Of a stretch of 64,000 nucleotides of DNA, positions 11,366 through 21,970 are shown in pieces (position 1 is the first letter of the stretch; each line of letters opens with the position of its first letter). The notes beneath the pieces are model-generated. The model was not told the origin of the DNA, ran no database searches, and worked only from the letters and a program-made list of their open reading frames with translations. The stretch spans positions 4,165,146-4,229,145 of the forward strand of contig CAVNZM010000009.1 in assembly GCA_963693365.1 (NCBI GenBank). Direction: 5' to 3'. The translations under genes and the position numbers were made by a program. The stretch is from Amoebidium appalachense (taxonomy: Eukaryota > Protista > Ichthyosporea).

Positions 11366-11905
11366 TTAGTCTACGCCAAAAGGTTTGTACTTCTTGAATG
11401 CCTTGCTGCGCCCATTGACGTAAAGGGAGTCGGGCTGCCGCAGCACGACACCCTCGCCTCCCGCGCTGGTGATGCGACGGAACATCCTGTAGAGCTCGCC
11501 GCTGTTCTTTACACGTCTATGCCGAACCACACGAATGGTCTTTGCTTTGAGTCGCGACAGCGCCCTTATACGTTTAGCAAACGGACCCCCTATTGCCGGC
11601 AGGTCAAAGACCATGAAGCGCACCTTCGGCCACCATTTGTTTTGCGTGTTTCGAACTATGCCGACAATCCGCGGCCGCGTCCCGTAGCCCGCAAACAGCT
11701 CGCCGTCAAGGACACGTTTGGGAAACCCCCTCGTGAACCAGGCAGGGGCGGGGATGCGTTTACCATGGCGAGTCCAAAGGTTGCGGCCGTCCCACAGGCA
11801 GCGGAGGCCGTCGTACTTCTCCGACGCGTACCAACCTATCATATCCTCCAACGGTCGGCTGTGGCTGTCTGTTTGCAGTCGGCGGCCCAGCATAGGCTTC
11901 ATCAC
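11366..11905 (-). CDS. Minimal ATP-dependent DNA ligase (adenylation domain only)
   Basis: Motif I 'SEKYDGLR', III 'LDGELF', IIIa 'FMVFDL', IV 'EGVVLR', V 'KYK'. The ORF ends before any OB-fold domain. Confidence 0.85.
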   Translation of the reverse strand: MMKPMLGRRLQTDSHSRPLEDMIGWYASEKYDGLRCLWDGRNLWTRHGKRIPAPAWFTRGFPKRVLDGELFAGYGTRPRIVGIVRNTQNKWWPKVRFMVFDLPAIGGPFAKRIRALSRLKAKTIRVVRHRRVKNSGELYRMFRRITSAGGEGVVLRQPDSLYVNGRSKAFKKYKPFGVD

Positions 11906-11915
11906 TGACAGGGCG

Positions 11916-12632
11916 CTACAAAGCCGTGACCGTTGTGACCGAACGGCTGTGAATGTGCTGTTCCAGCATGCGGCAGGTCTCTGTGAGTGCAGGGTAGAAG
12001 GCGTCCTGAAGGTGCTCGGTCATTACACGTTTGCGGTTCGACTTTCGGCACAATAGAAGAGCTTCGGTTAGCACACACTCGGTGAACGACTGGATTATGC
12101 AGGCGCACGCGATTCCGCTGATAACACTGACCCGCCACTTGACGGTAGGGTCAAGGGCCAGGAGGGTGTTCCGAAATCGTGAAGGGGGGAACACCAGCTT
12201 ACATCTACGTGTGATGGTGGTACGCGTACCGACCGAAAGGTTGTTATCCTCGTAGAGTGCGAGGCTCTCCTGGATGCGCGACAACATCCCCCGCACCACA
12301 CTGTCCGACAGGAACACGCGAGCGGCACCGACTACATGCCGAAGCTTCACGGTTACGTGGCGTGCGTCACCCAGCATGTGGACAATACACATGCCGAGTT
12401 TCTCCTGCAGCGCGGTCTGGAACATGTTGAGGTAGTCCAGCGCGTGCTTGTTTATCGCCAGGGTCGACATGCGTTTCAGCAAGCGGTATGTGTAGGCATT
12501 GTAGGATTTGCACTTCTCCCGGGGAGAAAACGACTCCGGGGACGGAAACGCCGTGTCGGGGTAGTAGCACGGTAGCACCTCGGGCAGGCAGTTCAGCACG
12601 CCGTTGTTCTGGGCAGGGCATGGTATCTCCAT
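11916..12632 (-). CDS. Fused histone H2B-H2A doublet
   Basis: H2B-like 'KSYNAYTYRLLKR..INKHALDYLN..TVKLRHVVGAARVFL' followed by H2A-like 'TRRCKLVFPPSRF..RVS..ACIIQSFTECVLTEA..RKRVMTEHLQ'. Confidence 0.75.
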   Translation of the reverse strand: MEIPCPAQNNGVLNCLPEVLPCYYPDTAFPSPESFSPREKCKSYNAYTYRLLKRMSTLAINKHALDYLNMFQTALQEKLGMCIVHMLGDARHVTVKLRHVVGAARVFLSDSVVRGMLSRIQESLALYEDNNLSVGTRTTITRRCKLVFPPSRFRNTLLALDPTVKWRVSVISGIACACIIQSFTECVLTEALLLCRKSNRKRVMTEHLQDAFYPALTETCRMLEQHIHSRSVTTVTAL

Positions 12633-12653
12633 GTTGGTGCGAGAGATTTATTT

Positions 12654-13151
12654 GTGGCCCCCAATAACGCTTCAGCCACGCAATCCGCCCGCTATGTAAT
12701 GTCGTCGATGAGGCTCTACGCCGCAGAGAGGGAGGTCTACACGAGGGGCGTGCTTCGCTCACGGACGTATGTGGACATTCCCGCCAACATTGTGGGAACA
12801 CGGGACGATACATGCGCGAGGTACCCGCTGTGCACGCCCGAGACCATGGATGAGTGGCAGCAGTACAGATACTGTGGGAAGGGAGCTCATGAAACCGGCA
12901 GCCTTGCAATGGAGGTAGACATGTGGAGCGACATCCGCCGTCAGGAGGATCTGGTGAACACGATGTCGGCAAGGCTCGGTGGCCCGTTCATCAGGTATCC
13001 CGTACAGGAAAGCATCTGCACCTTCGGCAGCCCGTCATCCGACACCCCGCGCTGGTTTGCCGACCGTATGGACAGGTACATCAACCTGCCGTCCGAAGCT
13101 CCGGTTGGTCTTTATGTCTCACACCCCGAGATGCAATTGATCTTTCTTTAA
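12654..13151 (+). CDS. Hypothetical viral protein (true ATG probably downstream of 12654)
   Basis: 165-aa ORF filling an intergenic slot; no recognised motif. Confidence 0.5.
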   Translation: MAPNNASATQSARYVMSSMRLYAAEREVYTRGVLRSRTYVDIPANIVGTRDDTCARYPLCTPETMDEWQQYRYCGKGAHETGSLAMEVDMWSDIRRQEDLVNTMSARLGGPFIRYPVQESICTFGSPSSDTPRWFADRMDRYINLPSEAPVGLYVSHPEMQLIFL

Positions 13152-13208
13152 CCTCCCCCGCCCGCAACCCAAAAACACGAATAAATATTTTCTATACCAA
13201 AAGGTAAA

Positions 13209-13565
13209 ATGGGTGAAACCAAGTCCAAGAAGAAGGTCGGTATCCGCAAGCAGTGGAAGCTCCTGTGCGAGTACGCCGTCGCCCACGACGGGGACATCGA
13301 CAAGATGGGTCTTGACGACCCGCTCTTTGAAGGCGGACCCACAGTCGGCCAGTTCCTGTTGCGCCACTACCTGAACCGCTGCATCGCTCCGTTCATGAAG
13401 GCCCAGGCTAAGGCCCCCCAAGCCGAGGCCGAGTCTGCCTCTGCCCCAGCAGCACCCGCCCCCCCAGCACCCGAGGAAGCCCCCCCCTGCCCCCCCGACC
13501 AATGCGACACCCGACACCAGTGGGGAGAAGCGCCAGGCCCAGGCGGACCCGCCCGGAGCGCCTAA
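13209..13565 (+). CDS. Hypothetical viral protein with Pro/Ala-rich tail
   Basis: ATG-initiated 118-aa ORF with GC3-biased codons, preceded by TTTTCTATAC. Confidence 0.6.
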   Translation: MGETKSKKKVGIRKQWKLLCEYAVAHDGDIDKMGLDDPLFEGGPTVGQFLLRHYLNRCIAPFMKAQAKAPQAEAESASAPAAPAPPAPEEAPPCPPDQCDTRHQWGEAPGPGGPARSA

Positions 13566-13747
13566 AAAAAAGGCCCGCAAGATAGCACCGAAACCACCAG
13601 CTGGTATAGTGCTTCATGCGTAATCGTGTGAATCGCCCGGTGGGTGACAACAACATCAATAAAACAACCATACCCAACACCCGAATCCATACAGACACAA
13701 CTTGGCCAAAGAGTATAAATAACCCCTTCGCATAGGCAGTTCCCTCA

Positions 13748-14327
13748 ATGGCTCTCTACCCCGAGTACCCCAACCCAAGCCACATTGCCCCTCCCCTGCC
13801 CGACCAACGTGTATCACCGGGTACTGTGGTGTCCGTGAATCCCGTCAACCTGACGCAAAGCGTATGCCACTACTGCTGCCACCCTTTCACGGGGCCTCTG
13901 GTCGCAATACCAATACGATTCAAGATGGAAAAGGGACTGTTTTATTGTACACCCAATGTGTTTTGTTCTTTCGCGTGCGCCCGGGCGCATCTGAAGGTGA
14001 TGCCGGGGTACGTCAAAGCCCGCGCCCCCTCTTTGCTGTCGATGATGTACCGAAGAATGGGGGGGCAGCTGGAAAACGTGGCCGAACCCCGCCCCTCCGC
14101 GATCTGTGCTCAAGCTGTTTGGGGGCAACATGGACATCGAGGAGTTCCGTGCGGCGTCGCAGAAGGGGGCGCATCCCGTGCAGCTGTCGAGCTGCCCGTT
14201 CGTGCTGGAGGAGCTATACGTCGTGTCCAGACACGCCATCAAGGAGGGGCCCAGACGGCCCGCCCCGCTCCCCGCACCCCCACGACAGACGGAGGCCAGC
14301 ATCATGGGGTTCCTGACAGCACGGTGA
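13748..14327 (+). pseudogene. VLTF2-like late transcription factor with a +1 frameshift
   Basis: 'CHYCCHPF..IP..FCSFACA' in frame 1. Removing one C at 14087-14090 continues into 'PAPPRSVLKLFGGNMDIEEFR', a VLTF2-type C-terminal motif. TATA box at 13714. Confidence 0.8.
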
Positions 14328-14489
14328 CGCAACTAGAAGGGGGACCCGTCAAGCTTGCCAACCGGATTGACCTTGATGAGACTCCAGTTGTGGTCGGACG
14401 GCACACTGATGTAGCGTGGATCTCGCCAGAAGCTGCACTGTCGTGGAATCCACCTGTTTCTGGCTTTCACGCACGCCTTGTACCCACGC

Positions 14490-15005
14490 CTAGCTGAACG
14501 TCCCCATGGCTGTCTGCGTCTGGTCGCTCGAGGCATTTGTCTCTGGAACAAATAAACCCAGTGGATTGACGCTTGGGATTTCATAACGTGGCAGAATCCA
14601 CGGGACCAGCAACCCCAACCCCTCCAGCGGCACAAACCCCCTCCTGAGAACCAGCCCCGATCCCAGGATTACGTGCACGTGCTCGCCCCTCGCCAGCGTG
14701 TTCGCAATTTCAAGAAGCTTGACGGTATCGAGCTCAAAGGCGGTGCCCTCGAAACGTTCGCTGACCCGCCGTAGGGCCTGGAGCGCGCGCAGCAGCAGGT
14801 CGTCCCCGTTAAGGTGTAGGTGTATCACGGACGGGCTGTTGATGAACCGGTGGGTCTCCCAGCGGTACACGGCACTGCGGGCCATCTCGACGTACATGCG
14901 GCCTTCTAGGTGCGCCGGCAGACGTGCGGCACATCCGTGACTCCGGTAGAAGGCGACGGCAGCCTGGTAGGCCAGCGAGGTCTCAGAAGAGCGGAGTGTC
15001 ATCAC
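14490..15005 (-). CDS. Hypothetical viral protein (possibly frameshifted C-terminus of 14983-15543)
   Basis: 171-aa ORF overlapping the upstream ORF by 23 nt. Confidence 0.45.
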   Translation of the reverse strand: MMTLRSSETSLAYQAAVAFYRSHGCAARLPAHLEGRMYVEMARSAVYRWETHRFINSPSVIHLHLNGDDLLLRALQALRRVSERFEGTAFELDTVKLLEIANTLARGEHVHVILGSGLVLRRGFVPLEGLGLLVPWILPRYEIPSVNPLGLFVPETNASSDQTQTAMGTFS

Positions 15006-15543
15006 TGAGCTTGGTCAGCAGCTCCTTGTACTTTATACGCGACGGCGGCTGCGGCATGACCTTGGCGAGCTTGCTGTCGATGAGGGCCTCCAGCTGGCGA
15101 TCGCGCTCGCGCCTGCGCTGCTCGCGCTCCTCGCCCTGCTGGTCACGGGTGGCCTGCAGGGAAGTGGTGTGCTTCTCGAGCATCTCGCGCTGCTGCTGCA
15201 CCTGCTGCTCGAGGGCGGCGATGTGCTCGCGGGCCTTCTCGTACTCCTCGAGGCGCTTGTCGAGCTTCTCGTAGTTGGTGCGTGCCTGCTCCCAGTACTC
15301 GGCCTTCATCTTCTCCATGCGGTCGGCAAGCTCGGTTTTGGACACGATCTGCTGCTCCAGCTTCTCCTGCGTCTCCTTGACCCAGCGCTCCAGCTCCTTG
15401 TTGCGGCGGTCGTAGGCCTCGAGGTCGGTGTTCTTCTGCAGGATGGCGCGGCGGTACTCCTCCTGTGCGGCCTTGAACTCCTCCTGTGCGGCCTCGAACT
15501 TCTTCTCCATCATCTTGGCATCCAGAATAGCTCCGATGTCCAT
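14983..15543 (-). CDS. Coiled-coil viral protein
   Basis: 186-aa E/K/Q/R-rich heptad ORF with strong GC3 bias. Confidence 0.7.
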   Translation of the reverse strand: MDIGAILDAKMMEKKFEAAQEEFKAAQEEYRRAILQKNTDLEAYDRRNKELERWVKETQEKLEQQIVSKTELADRMEKMKAEYWEQARTNYEKLDKRLEEYEKAREHIAALEQQVQQQREMLEKHTTSLQATRDQQGEEREQRRRERDRQLEALIDSKLAKVMPQPPSRIKYKELLTKLSDDTPLF

Positions 15544-15578
15544 TAGTAGAGGGACACAGAAAATAAAAGTGCAGGTTT

Positions 15579-16283
15579 TCAGTCCTCGTTGCCGTACGAC
15601 TGGAACTTCCTGTCGCCCGCCCGGAAGCGGATGGACGGCTCGGCCCGCCAGTAGTAGAGCTTGTCCTCGGGGCGATTTGACTTGTGGGTGCGGTCCAGGA
15701 CCAGGATGCCGTAGTTCTGGGTGTACTCATTCAGCAGCTCGTTGAACTCCCTGAAGGACTCGATGAAGCCGAAGAAGCTCTCCCACAGCTTCCGGCGTTC
15801 CAGCTGGCTGTCCTCGGCGAACACGAAGAGACAGTTGATGTTGTTGCGGTACTCGGGCGGGATGCTCTTTGCGTACTGGATGCTCATGAGGTAGAACCAG
15901 TTGAAGTGGCGGCCGTTGAAGAAGATCTGGCGGATGGTGGGGTCGGTCTTGAGCTGCTTGTCGTATATGACGTCCTCGGCGATGCAGAAGATGTTGGGGG
16001 AGGTGCGCTTGGTCCAGCTCTTGACCCTGTCCTTCTGGCGCTCATAGAGCTGGCGCAGCTCGGTGGGACGGAACTCGTTGTAGACGAACGCCTTGTTGAG
16101 GAAGCGGCCCCAGAACTGGTTGCCGTCCTCGGTGGCGCTCATGGCGATGCCGGCGCTCAGGTACTTGCGCTTGTGGTAGAGGACGTTGGCCATGGCGATG
16201 CTCTTGCCACTGCCACGGGGCCCGACAAAGACGCACACGGCCTCGGGAGGGATGGTGTTCGGGTAGAACGGCTGGAGCTTCAT
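15579..16283 (-). CDS. A32-like genome packaging ATPase (FtsK/HerA superfamily)
   Basis: Walker A 'GPRGSGKS', Walker B 'FCIAEDV', arginine finger 'FFNGRH' and sensor 'MSIQY'. ATG at 16283. Confidence 0.92.
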   Translation of the reverse strand: MKLQPFYPNTIPPEAVCVFVGPRGSGKSIAMANVLYHKRKYLSAGIAMSATEDGNQFWGRFLNKAFVYNEFRPTELRQLYERQKDRVKSWTKRTSPNIFCIAEDVIYDKQLKTDPTIRQIFFNGRHFNWFYLMSIQYAKSIPPEYRNNINCLFVFAEDSQLERRKLWESFFGFIESFREFNELLNEYTQNYGILVLDRTHKSNRPEDKLYYWRAEPSIRFRAGDRKFQSYGNED

Positions 16284-16560
16284 GTCTGCAGTAGGGCGAG
16301 AAATCATCTGGGTGAGGCACGGGCGGGTGAGGTTGGGAGATCCGCACAGATGCTTCTAAGGGACATCAGCCAATCATAGAGGAGTGGTGGTTGTAGCCAC
16401 CGGTCGTCACGTGACTTGCATGTCTGGTGTAGGGCGAGAAATGAAGTGGATGCCCCCTGGCCCAACATGTATAAAAGGCGCCTGTCGTCAGTTGGCACCA
16501 GTTCGAAGCTTTGATGGTAGAACATATAGAACTAAACAAATATTATCTATCCCCACTGTG

Positions 16561-18071
16561 ATGACCTCCATCAACCATCCACCTCCCTACGCAACCGTGG
16601 CGCCTCAGCCCTGCACCGGCACCGTGCCCGCCCTACCTGCTGTGACCAAAAGGGTTGTGATGCGCGATGGGCGTCTGCTAAAGGAAGGGGAATTGTTTGA
16701 GGTGTTGGATGACCAGGATAATGTAATGACATACGGTGAAGTGAGAAAGGGTAACACTACGTGGGTAAATGCAACTTTCATTGGAAAGGGCGAAGGTAAA
16801 ACATGGAGCCACTGGTTTGAGTTAAAAGGTACCAAGACCTTGTTGGCAAACATAGAAAACAACATCGCGCAGCCACTCGATCCCGAGGCTGGCCCTCCCC
16901 ACCATAGTACCCAGCCGCGCGTCCGGGTTGGTCGTCTCCCCACCATAGTACCCAGCCGCGCGATCCCGAGGTTGGCCCTCCCCATCGTAGTACCCAGGAG
17001 CCTGAGGGTGATCCAAAAAACAGCGTAAAAGGCTCAAAGACAAACGAATTTCCAAGCATCATTGACTACCAGAGATTAAAGTATCAAGGACCAAACGCAG
17101 ACAAACTACGTGGCACATGGGTGCATGTCGATGTTGCTGCTGCCTTCGCGCAGCATATCAGCCCCACCTACCACGCCAAGTGGTGCTCCATCCAGGGCAA
17201 GGCTCTCTCGGGCGACCACGCTGCGGTGGCCGACGTGCTGCGGGAGACGGACAATGCGGCAGGGACGGAGTCAGTCGGCCAGATTGCCACTCGGCCCAAG
17301 CGGGCTGCCGGGTCTGGGGGTGCGGTTCGGGGGAAACGGGCTAAGCAAGAGGTTATCGTGTACCAGCCCCACCAGTTGGAGTACTACACAGTGGTCAACC
17401 AGCTGCCGCTTAAGGATGCCATTGCAGAGTTGTCAGCCTATGTGGATGTCTACGAACGGGTAATGGTCGCAAAAACACCCGAGGCTCTGGCGGCTGTTAA
17501 GCGTGCGGAGGAATGTGAACGAACGGAGGAGGCCAAGCGCGCTACAATCAGAGCCGCGATGGAGGAGGCAGAGCGGACCCACAAGCTGGACATGGAGAAG
17601 GCTGCTGTAGCACACGAGCAGAAGCTCGAAGAGAGGCGCCTGGTGCACGAGCAGGCACGCGAGGCACAGCTGCTCATCAAGAACCTGGACGAACGCTTCT
17701 ACCTAATGCGAGGGCTCAACGAGGAGATGACGGCCAGCGCCCGTCTCGGCCCGTGCTTTTATTTCGTGGACTCCCTCGACACCACCATCATGTTCGGCTG
17801 CACAGGCAACAACATGGCCCGTCGGTACAAGCGCGATAAGAACCGCCGGGTCATTCTGAACAACGTGCTGCTGGCGGTCCCTTGCAAGGACAGGGACCAT
17901 GCCTACGCCATGGAGGTGTTGTTCAAGACACTTGTCCGTGAGCACGCCAAGACCATGCGGATCAGCGACTGCGAGGCGCTCGTCAACAACTACGACCTGT
18001 TCAAGCTCGTCATCAAGAAGTGGAATGAGGCAGCCCAGGAGGAGGAATGGCCGGCGGTGAAGCTGGCGTAG
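16561..18071 (+). pseudogene. KilA-N plus GIY-YIG/T5orf172-like protein, split by a 1-bp deletion
   Basis: KilA-N start 'WVNATFIGK..KTWSHWF' lies in one frame and 'RGTWVHVDVAAAFAQHISP' in another. The shift falls in the 41-bp second copy of a 42-bp (QPxDPExGPPHHST) repeat at ~16912-16952. C-terminal 'CFYFV..IMFGCTGN..RY'. Confidence 0.75.
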
Positions 18072-18509
18072 GGTATACAAACAGATAGAATAGCAACGAC
18101 TCAGATGTGAGATATAGGTGCTGCTCAATACCCGCCTTGGGGATCCCCAAGGCAGCTCCAGAGTCAAACAACCGTGTTTATTTTTCTTTTCTTTTTTCGC
18201 TTGATGTGCATCCATTTGTTCGTCTGTCTAGCCAGGAGCTTCCAGGCAAACACCTTCTTCATACGGGCCATATACACCCAAACCCAAATAAGAAGCCTCT
18301 AATAGCACGGACCACGCTGAAACAGTTTCCGGGGCACCGCTGAGCAGCCGACCGACTTCCCGTTTCGATAGCACTTGCGTTTGTTCTTGAGCTCGGTCCT
18401 CTTGGACCCAAGCTCCCTTCACAACCTGACGACCTTCCACTTGGGGCTTTTCGTTTTCTTCCTTGTTGCCATTGACGTACCCAACCCAAAATATACAAAA
18501 CACCCCCCT

Positions 18510-19076
18510 CTACTGGCACTGCACGCGCTTCTCCCTGATGGCCGCCGTGATGCCGTCCAGGTCGATATCATCGGACAGCTCGATCGGCCTGTTCGGATGC
18601 AGGAGCGCGTTGGCCAGCAGCACCACAAACGCCCGGTGCCCCACGCTGTACGGCCTCGACCGGTCGAGCGCCACAATAAACACAGCCTCGTCCGACTCCT
18701 TCTTGACCACGAACGACATGAGCGACCCCTCGTTCTCCACAAACGCAATAACCACGGCTCCGGCCTCGACCTTGCTCACGAGCCTCTGCAGCTCCATGAG
18801 CTCGCCGGGGCTGTCGGAGATCAGCAGCTTGGAGAACAGGCTGAACTGGATGCCCGTGAAGCTGTTGAGCGCGCGCAGCAGGAACTTGCCCAGCGAGTAG
18901 CTGTTCTCCACCAGCAGGCTCTTGAGCGAGATCATGGTCTCCTCGCGGTCCGGCCGCGGCATGCTCTCGAGCGCGGCGGCGGCGTCGACCGAGTCATACA
19001 CGCACTCGTACCAGCTCTTGTATCCGGTCACGGGGAGGGCATACTGGTGCCATTCGACATAGAAGCGCATCGGCAT
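18510..19076 (-). CDS. Hypothetical viral protein
   Basis: ATG at 19076, strong GC3 bias, no recognised motif. Confidence 0.65.
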   Translation of the reverse strand: MPMRFYVEWHQYALPVTGYKSWYECVYDSVDAAAALESMPRPDREETMISLKSLLVENSYSLGKFLLRALNSFTGIQFSLFSKLLISDSPGELMELQRLVSKVEAGAVVIAFVENEGSLMSFVVKKESDEAVFIVALDRSRPYSVGHRAFVVLLANALLHPNRPIELSDDIDLDGITAAIREKRVQCQ

Positions 19077-19116
19077 TGAGTAGGGGGCAGATAATTGTGG
19101 GGGGTGGAGCAAAAGG

Positions 19117-19790
19117 TTATGGGAAGCGGATGGTCGGCCAATTTTCCTGTCGTGCTAGGTCGTTCCATGCCTCCATGACCACTCTGAATCCTGTGTAGTT
19201 GTTGGCAAGCTGTTCCTGGTTACCCGAGAACCGCCAATCCGGGGAACTTCTTTCCGGCAAGAAGTTCCTTTTGCATAGAGTACAGGTACCCAATGGGGCA
19301 CACGTGACCCATTTCTCTACAAACAAGGTACATCCATACGCAGCAAACCACACCCACAGACAACCACACCCACAGACCGGAGAACACGTTTGCCCATCCC
19401 TCACAGCTTGCTGGCAGCTCGCTCCAATTGTTCGGCCTGCAGCTGCTGCTGCCACAAGCTGAACAGCAGCGAGTCCGTCTTGCGTGTGCATGCCAGTAGC
19501 CCATTGACCCGACAAGACACGCTGGTCCCGCCCACGCCCACACAGCCGTTGCTGAAGCACAGCGTCTTGCCGTTGCTGCCCTTGAGCAGCGACAATAAAA
19601 GGAGAATAGGGTTGACGTGTCGCCCCGTTCTGTTGCGATTGGGGAGAAAAAGATGAATTGGGGTATGGTTTTCTGATTGATTTTAGGAGAAGGAGTGGAA
19701 TCGATTAACCTGTTCTCTATGAAAACGTGGACCAGATGGTGACAGAATTCGGCGACTTCTCTCTGGTTTGGTAAGAAAAGGGTTGTGTTG
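19117..19790 (-). pseudogene. Degraded paralogue of the KilA-N/GIY-YIG family
   Basis: C-terminus 'NNYTGFRVVMEAWNDLARQENWPTIRFP' matches 'NNYDLFKLVIKKWNEAAQEEEWPAVKLA' (ending 18071) and 'NDYELFRSVMEKWNSCAIEEGWSTLALA' (ending 19954). TATA box at 19823-19832. Confidence 0.55.
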
Positions 19791-19953
19791 ATCAGAAGTG
19801 TTGATCTGGAGAATATGTTACGCTTATATACCTGCACCCCCCCAATCTTGTTCTGGTGGAAGAACTGTCCTCGGAACTGACCTTGGTATCTTCTTTATGC
19901 TGGCGTAACCAGTACACGCGCTCATTAGCGCTAGCCTCTGACCAAGGAGTGTC

Positions 19954-20457
19954 CTAGGCAAGCGCCAAGGTCGACCAGCCCTCCTCAATAGCGCAGCTGT
20001 TCCATTTCTCCATCACAGATCTGAACAGCTCATAGTCGTTACCGATGATTTCAGACCCATCAATTTGCATGGAACTTGCATACTTGTGCATCAACGACTT
20101 GAATGCCGCTTTCATGCGTGCAGCGATTTGCTTGTTCTGGGCCGGGATGGCAAGCAATACTGAGCCATTGATAACACGTATGGGCCCAGAAGGGGGGTAC
20201 TTTCTGTCCAGGCCCTTGCCCGTGTAACCAAAAGCAATTGTGTTGTCAGGTAGATTTATGAAGTAAAAACAAGCACCATGTCTTGCCGCAGAAGTTTGGT
20301 CTGTATTTAGACCGCTTATGATATGGTATCGTGCGTCGAATGAGGGGTTGAGGGCATCCAGGTCAGCCCGGATGGCCTCTACGTATTTTCTATACTGGCG
20401 CTCAAGCTCACGTTTTCTCCTCAGAACCTCCAAATTCATGATCGTGTCTAAGTCCAT
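19954..20457 (-). CDS. GIY-YIG-like paralogue (C-terminal domain only)
   Basis: 'GACFYFINLPDNTIAFGYTG..RKY..LLAIP' aligns with the C-terminus of 17121-18071. TATA box at 20497-20506. Confidence 0.7.
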   Translation of the reverse strand: MDLDTIMNLEVLRRKRELERQYRKYVEAIRADLDALNPSFDARYHIISGLNTDQTSAARHGACFYFINLPDNTIAFGYTGKGLDRKYPPSGPIRVINGSVLLAIPAQNKQIAARMKAAFKSLMHKYASSMQIDGSEIIGNDYELFRSVMEKWNSCAIEEGWSTLALA

Positions 20458-20537
20458 AGCGAATGCAGAAATGAACAAATAAACAGATATTGATCGCTTT
20501 TATAGGTTGAGTGCCCTGTCATCCACAGAAAACCAGA

Positions 20538-21878
20538 TCACACCAACCGAATATCATCCTCTCCGTAAACTTCCTTGAACGCATTTGAGACGCGTACATA
20601 GTCCGCGGCAAACATCTCCCGCTTGTTCCCAACAGCACACCTCACCGGCTTCAGTTGGTTCTGCACCAGCTTCTCGAACTGCTCGGCCTCCTTCTTGTTG
20701 CGGTGGGGCATGCACAGGATGATAAGCTCCTTCATGTCATGGGACCAGAGGTCATACTTGTAGCGTTCGAATAGAGAGTTCCCTGTGTGCCCAATCTTGA
20801 TGTAGCCGTCGATGTGCAGTGCGTACACACATGCCCCTGCCGCCGCCTTGAGAGACCACTCGAAGTTCAGCTGCCGCCAGGCCACAAAGTGCACATCCAG
20901 TCCCTTGAGCTCGGCCTTCATCTCGCGCACAGCCTTGACCATGGCAAGCGTGGAGTCGATACCCCGCTGGATTGTGTCCTGTTTGGCCTTCTCGGTACGC
21001 TCAGCCTCCTCGGCGCGCTTCACAGCGGCGAGCGCTTCGGGGTTGTCATTGGTACAGAAATCGCGATGTACAGTAACCACAAAGTGGTGCAGCTGCTTCA
21101 TGGCCGTGTCAAAATCAACCCCGGGTTTGAACCAGCGATCCGGATCGAGCATGGCATCCAGTGTGCTTCGTTTGACCACTGCCGACTCTGCGTCCTCTTC
21201 TCGCTCACGCTTCCGGGATCCCTCGTCCATGTCGATGGTCACGGACTGAGTCTTGCATCCATCACCTCGTCCCTGGTCGGCAATGCGGATTAACTCGGGG
21301 AAGAAGTCCATCTGGCCCAGGTGCGACTTGACCATCACCCCGTCCCAGAACTGGCGCAGGTCGGGAAAGCAGTAGCGCAGAAAGGGGGCGGTCAGCTCGA
21401 AAGCCATCCAGGTGCCACGAAACATCTCGAGGATGGGTGTCAGGCCATGAGTTGCAAATGCACAGACAACAGAGTTATCGGGTTGAGAAACTGTAGGGAG
21501 CTTCTTGATGTTGGCATAACCCGACCGTATCAGCCAATCAGAGGAGAGTAGGGCCTCCCCTATTGTCCTCCCCTTGTTCATCAGCGATGCAACATCTTGA
21601 ATCTTGCGGGCGTTATCCCTTTTCCAATCTATGGGATTCTTCTTGACCCCCGCCTCCTCCGCCCCCTTCACCGCCGAGTACCCCGCGTTGAAAAACACGT
21701 GCCCGTCGAACTTGCTGAGCCACGTGAGCACCCTCTGCCCGTCGGGCGCGTAGAACGGGCGCACCCCGGGCCAGTCGGGCACGGACGAGGTGTCGACACG
21801 CGCCTCATTGCCAGGAGCGGGCTTCCAGGTGGGCCCGATGACGGGAGTGGAATAGGGCGGGGGGTTGTACCGTGCCAT
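20538..21878 (-). CDS. KilA-N-like plus GIY-YIG/T5orf172 protein
   Basis: 'FFNAG..KKNPIDW..RGTWMAFEL' and 'CVYAL..YIKIGHTGNSLFERY..EAEQFEK..REMF'. Shares 'PEALAAVKRAEE.ERTE.AK' with the 17121 ORF. TATA box at 21911. Confidence 0.75.
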   Translation of the reverse strand: MARYNPPPYSTPVIGPTWKPAPGNEARVDTSSVPDWPGVRPFYAPDGQRVLTWLSKFDGHVFFNAGYSAVKGAEEAGVKKNPIDWKRDNARKIQDVASLMNKGRTIGEALLSSDWLIRSGYANIKKLPTVSQPDNSVVCAFATHGLTPILEMFRGTWMAFELTAPFLRYCFPDLRQFWDGVMVKSHLGQMDFFPELIRIADQGRGDGCKTQSVTIDMDEGSRKREREEDAESAVVKRSTLDAMLDPDRWFKPGVDFDTAMKQLHHFVVTVHRDFCTNDNPEALAAVKRAEEAERTEKAKQDTIQRGIDSTLAMVKAVREMKAELKGLDVHFVAWRQLNFEWSLKAAAGACVYALHIDGYIKIGHTGNSLFERYKYDLWSHDMKELIILCMPHRNKKEAEQFEKLVQNQLKPVRCAVGNKREMFAADYVRVSNAFKEVYGEDDIRLV

Positions 21879-21970
21879 GGCGCAGGTGGTTTAGACTGGC
21901 GTTTGTCGCCCTTTTATACCTTCTGGTAGGGTGGTGGTCGTGTACCGGACACGAGGCAAGAAAACAAACC

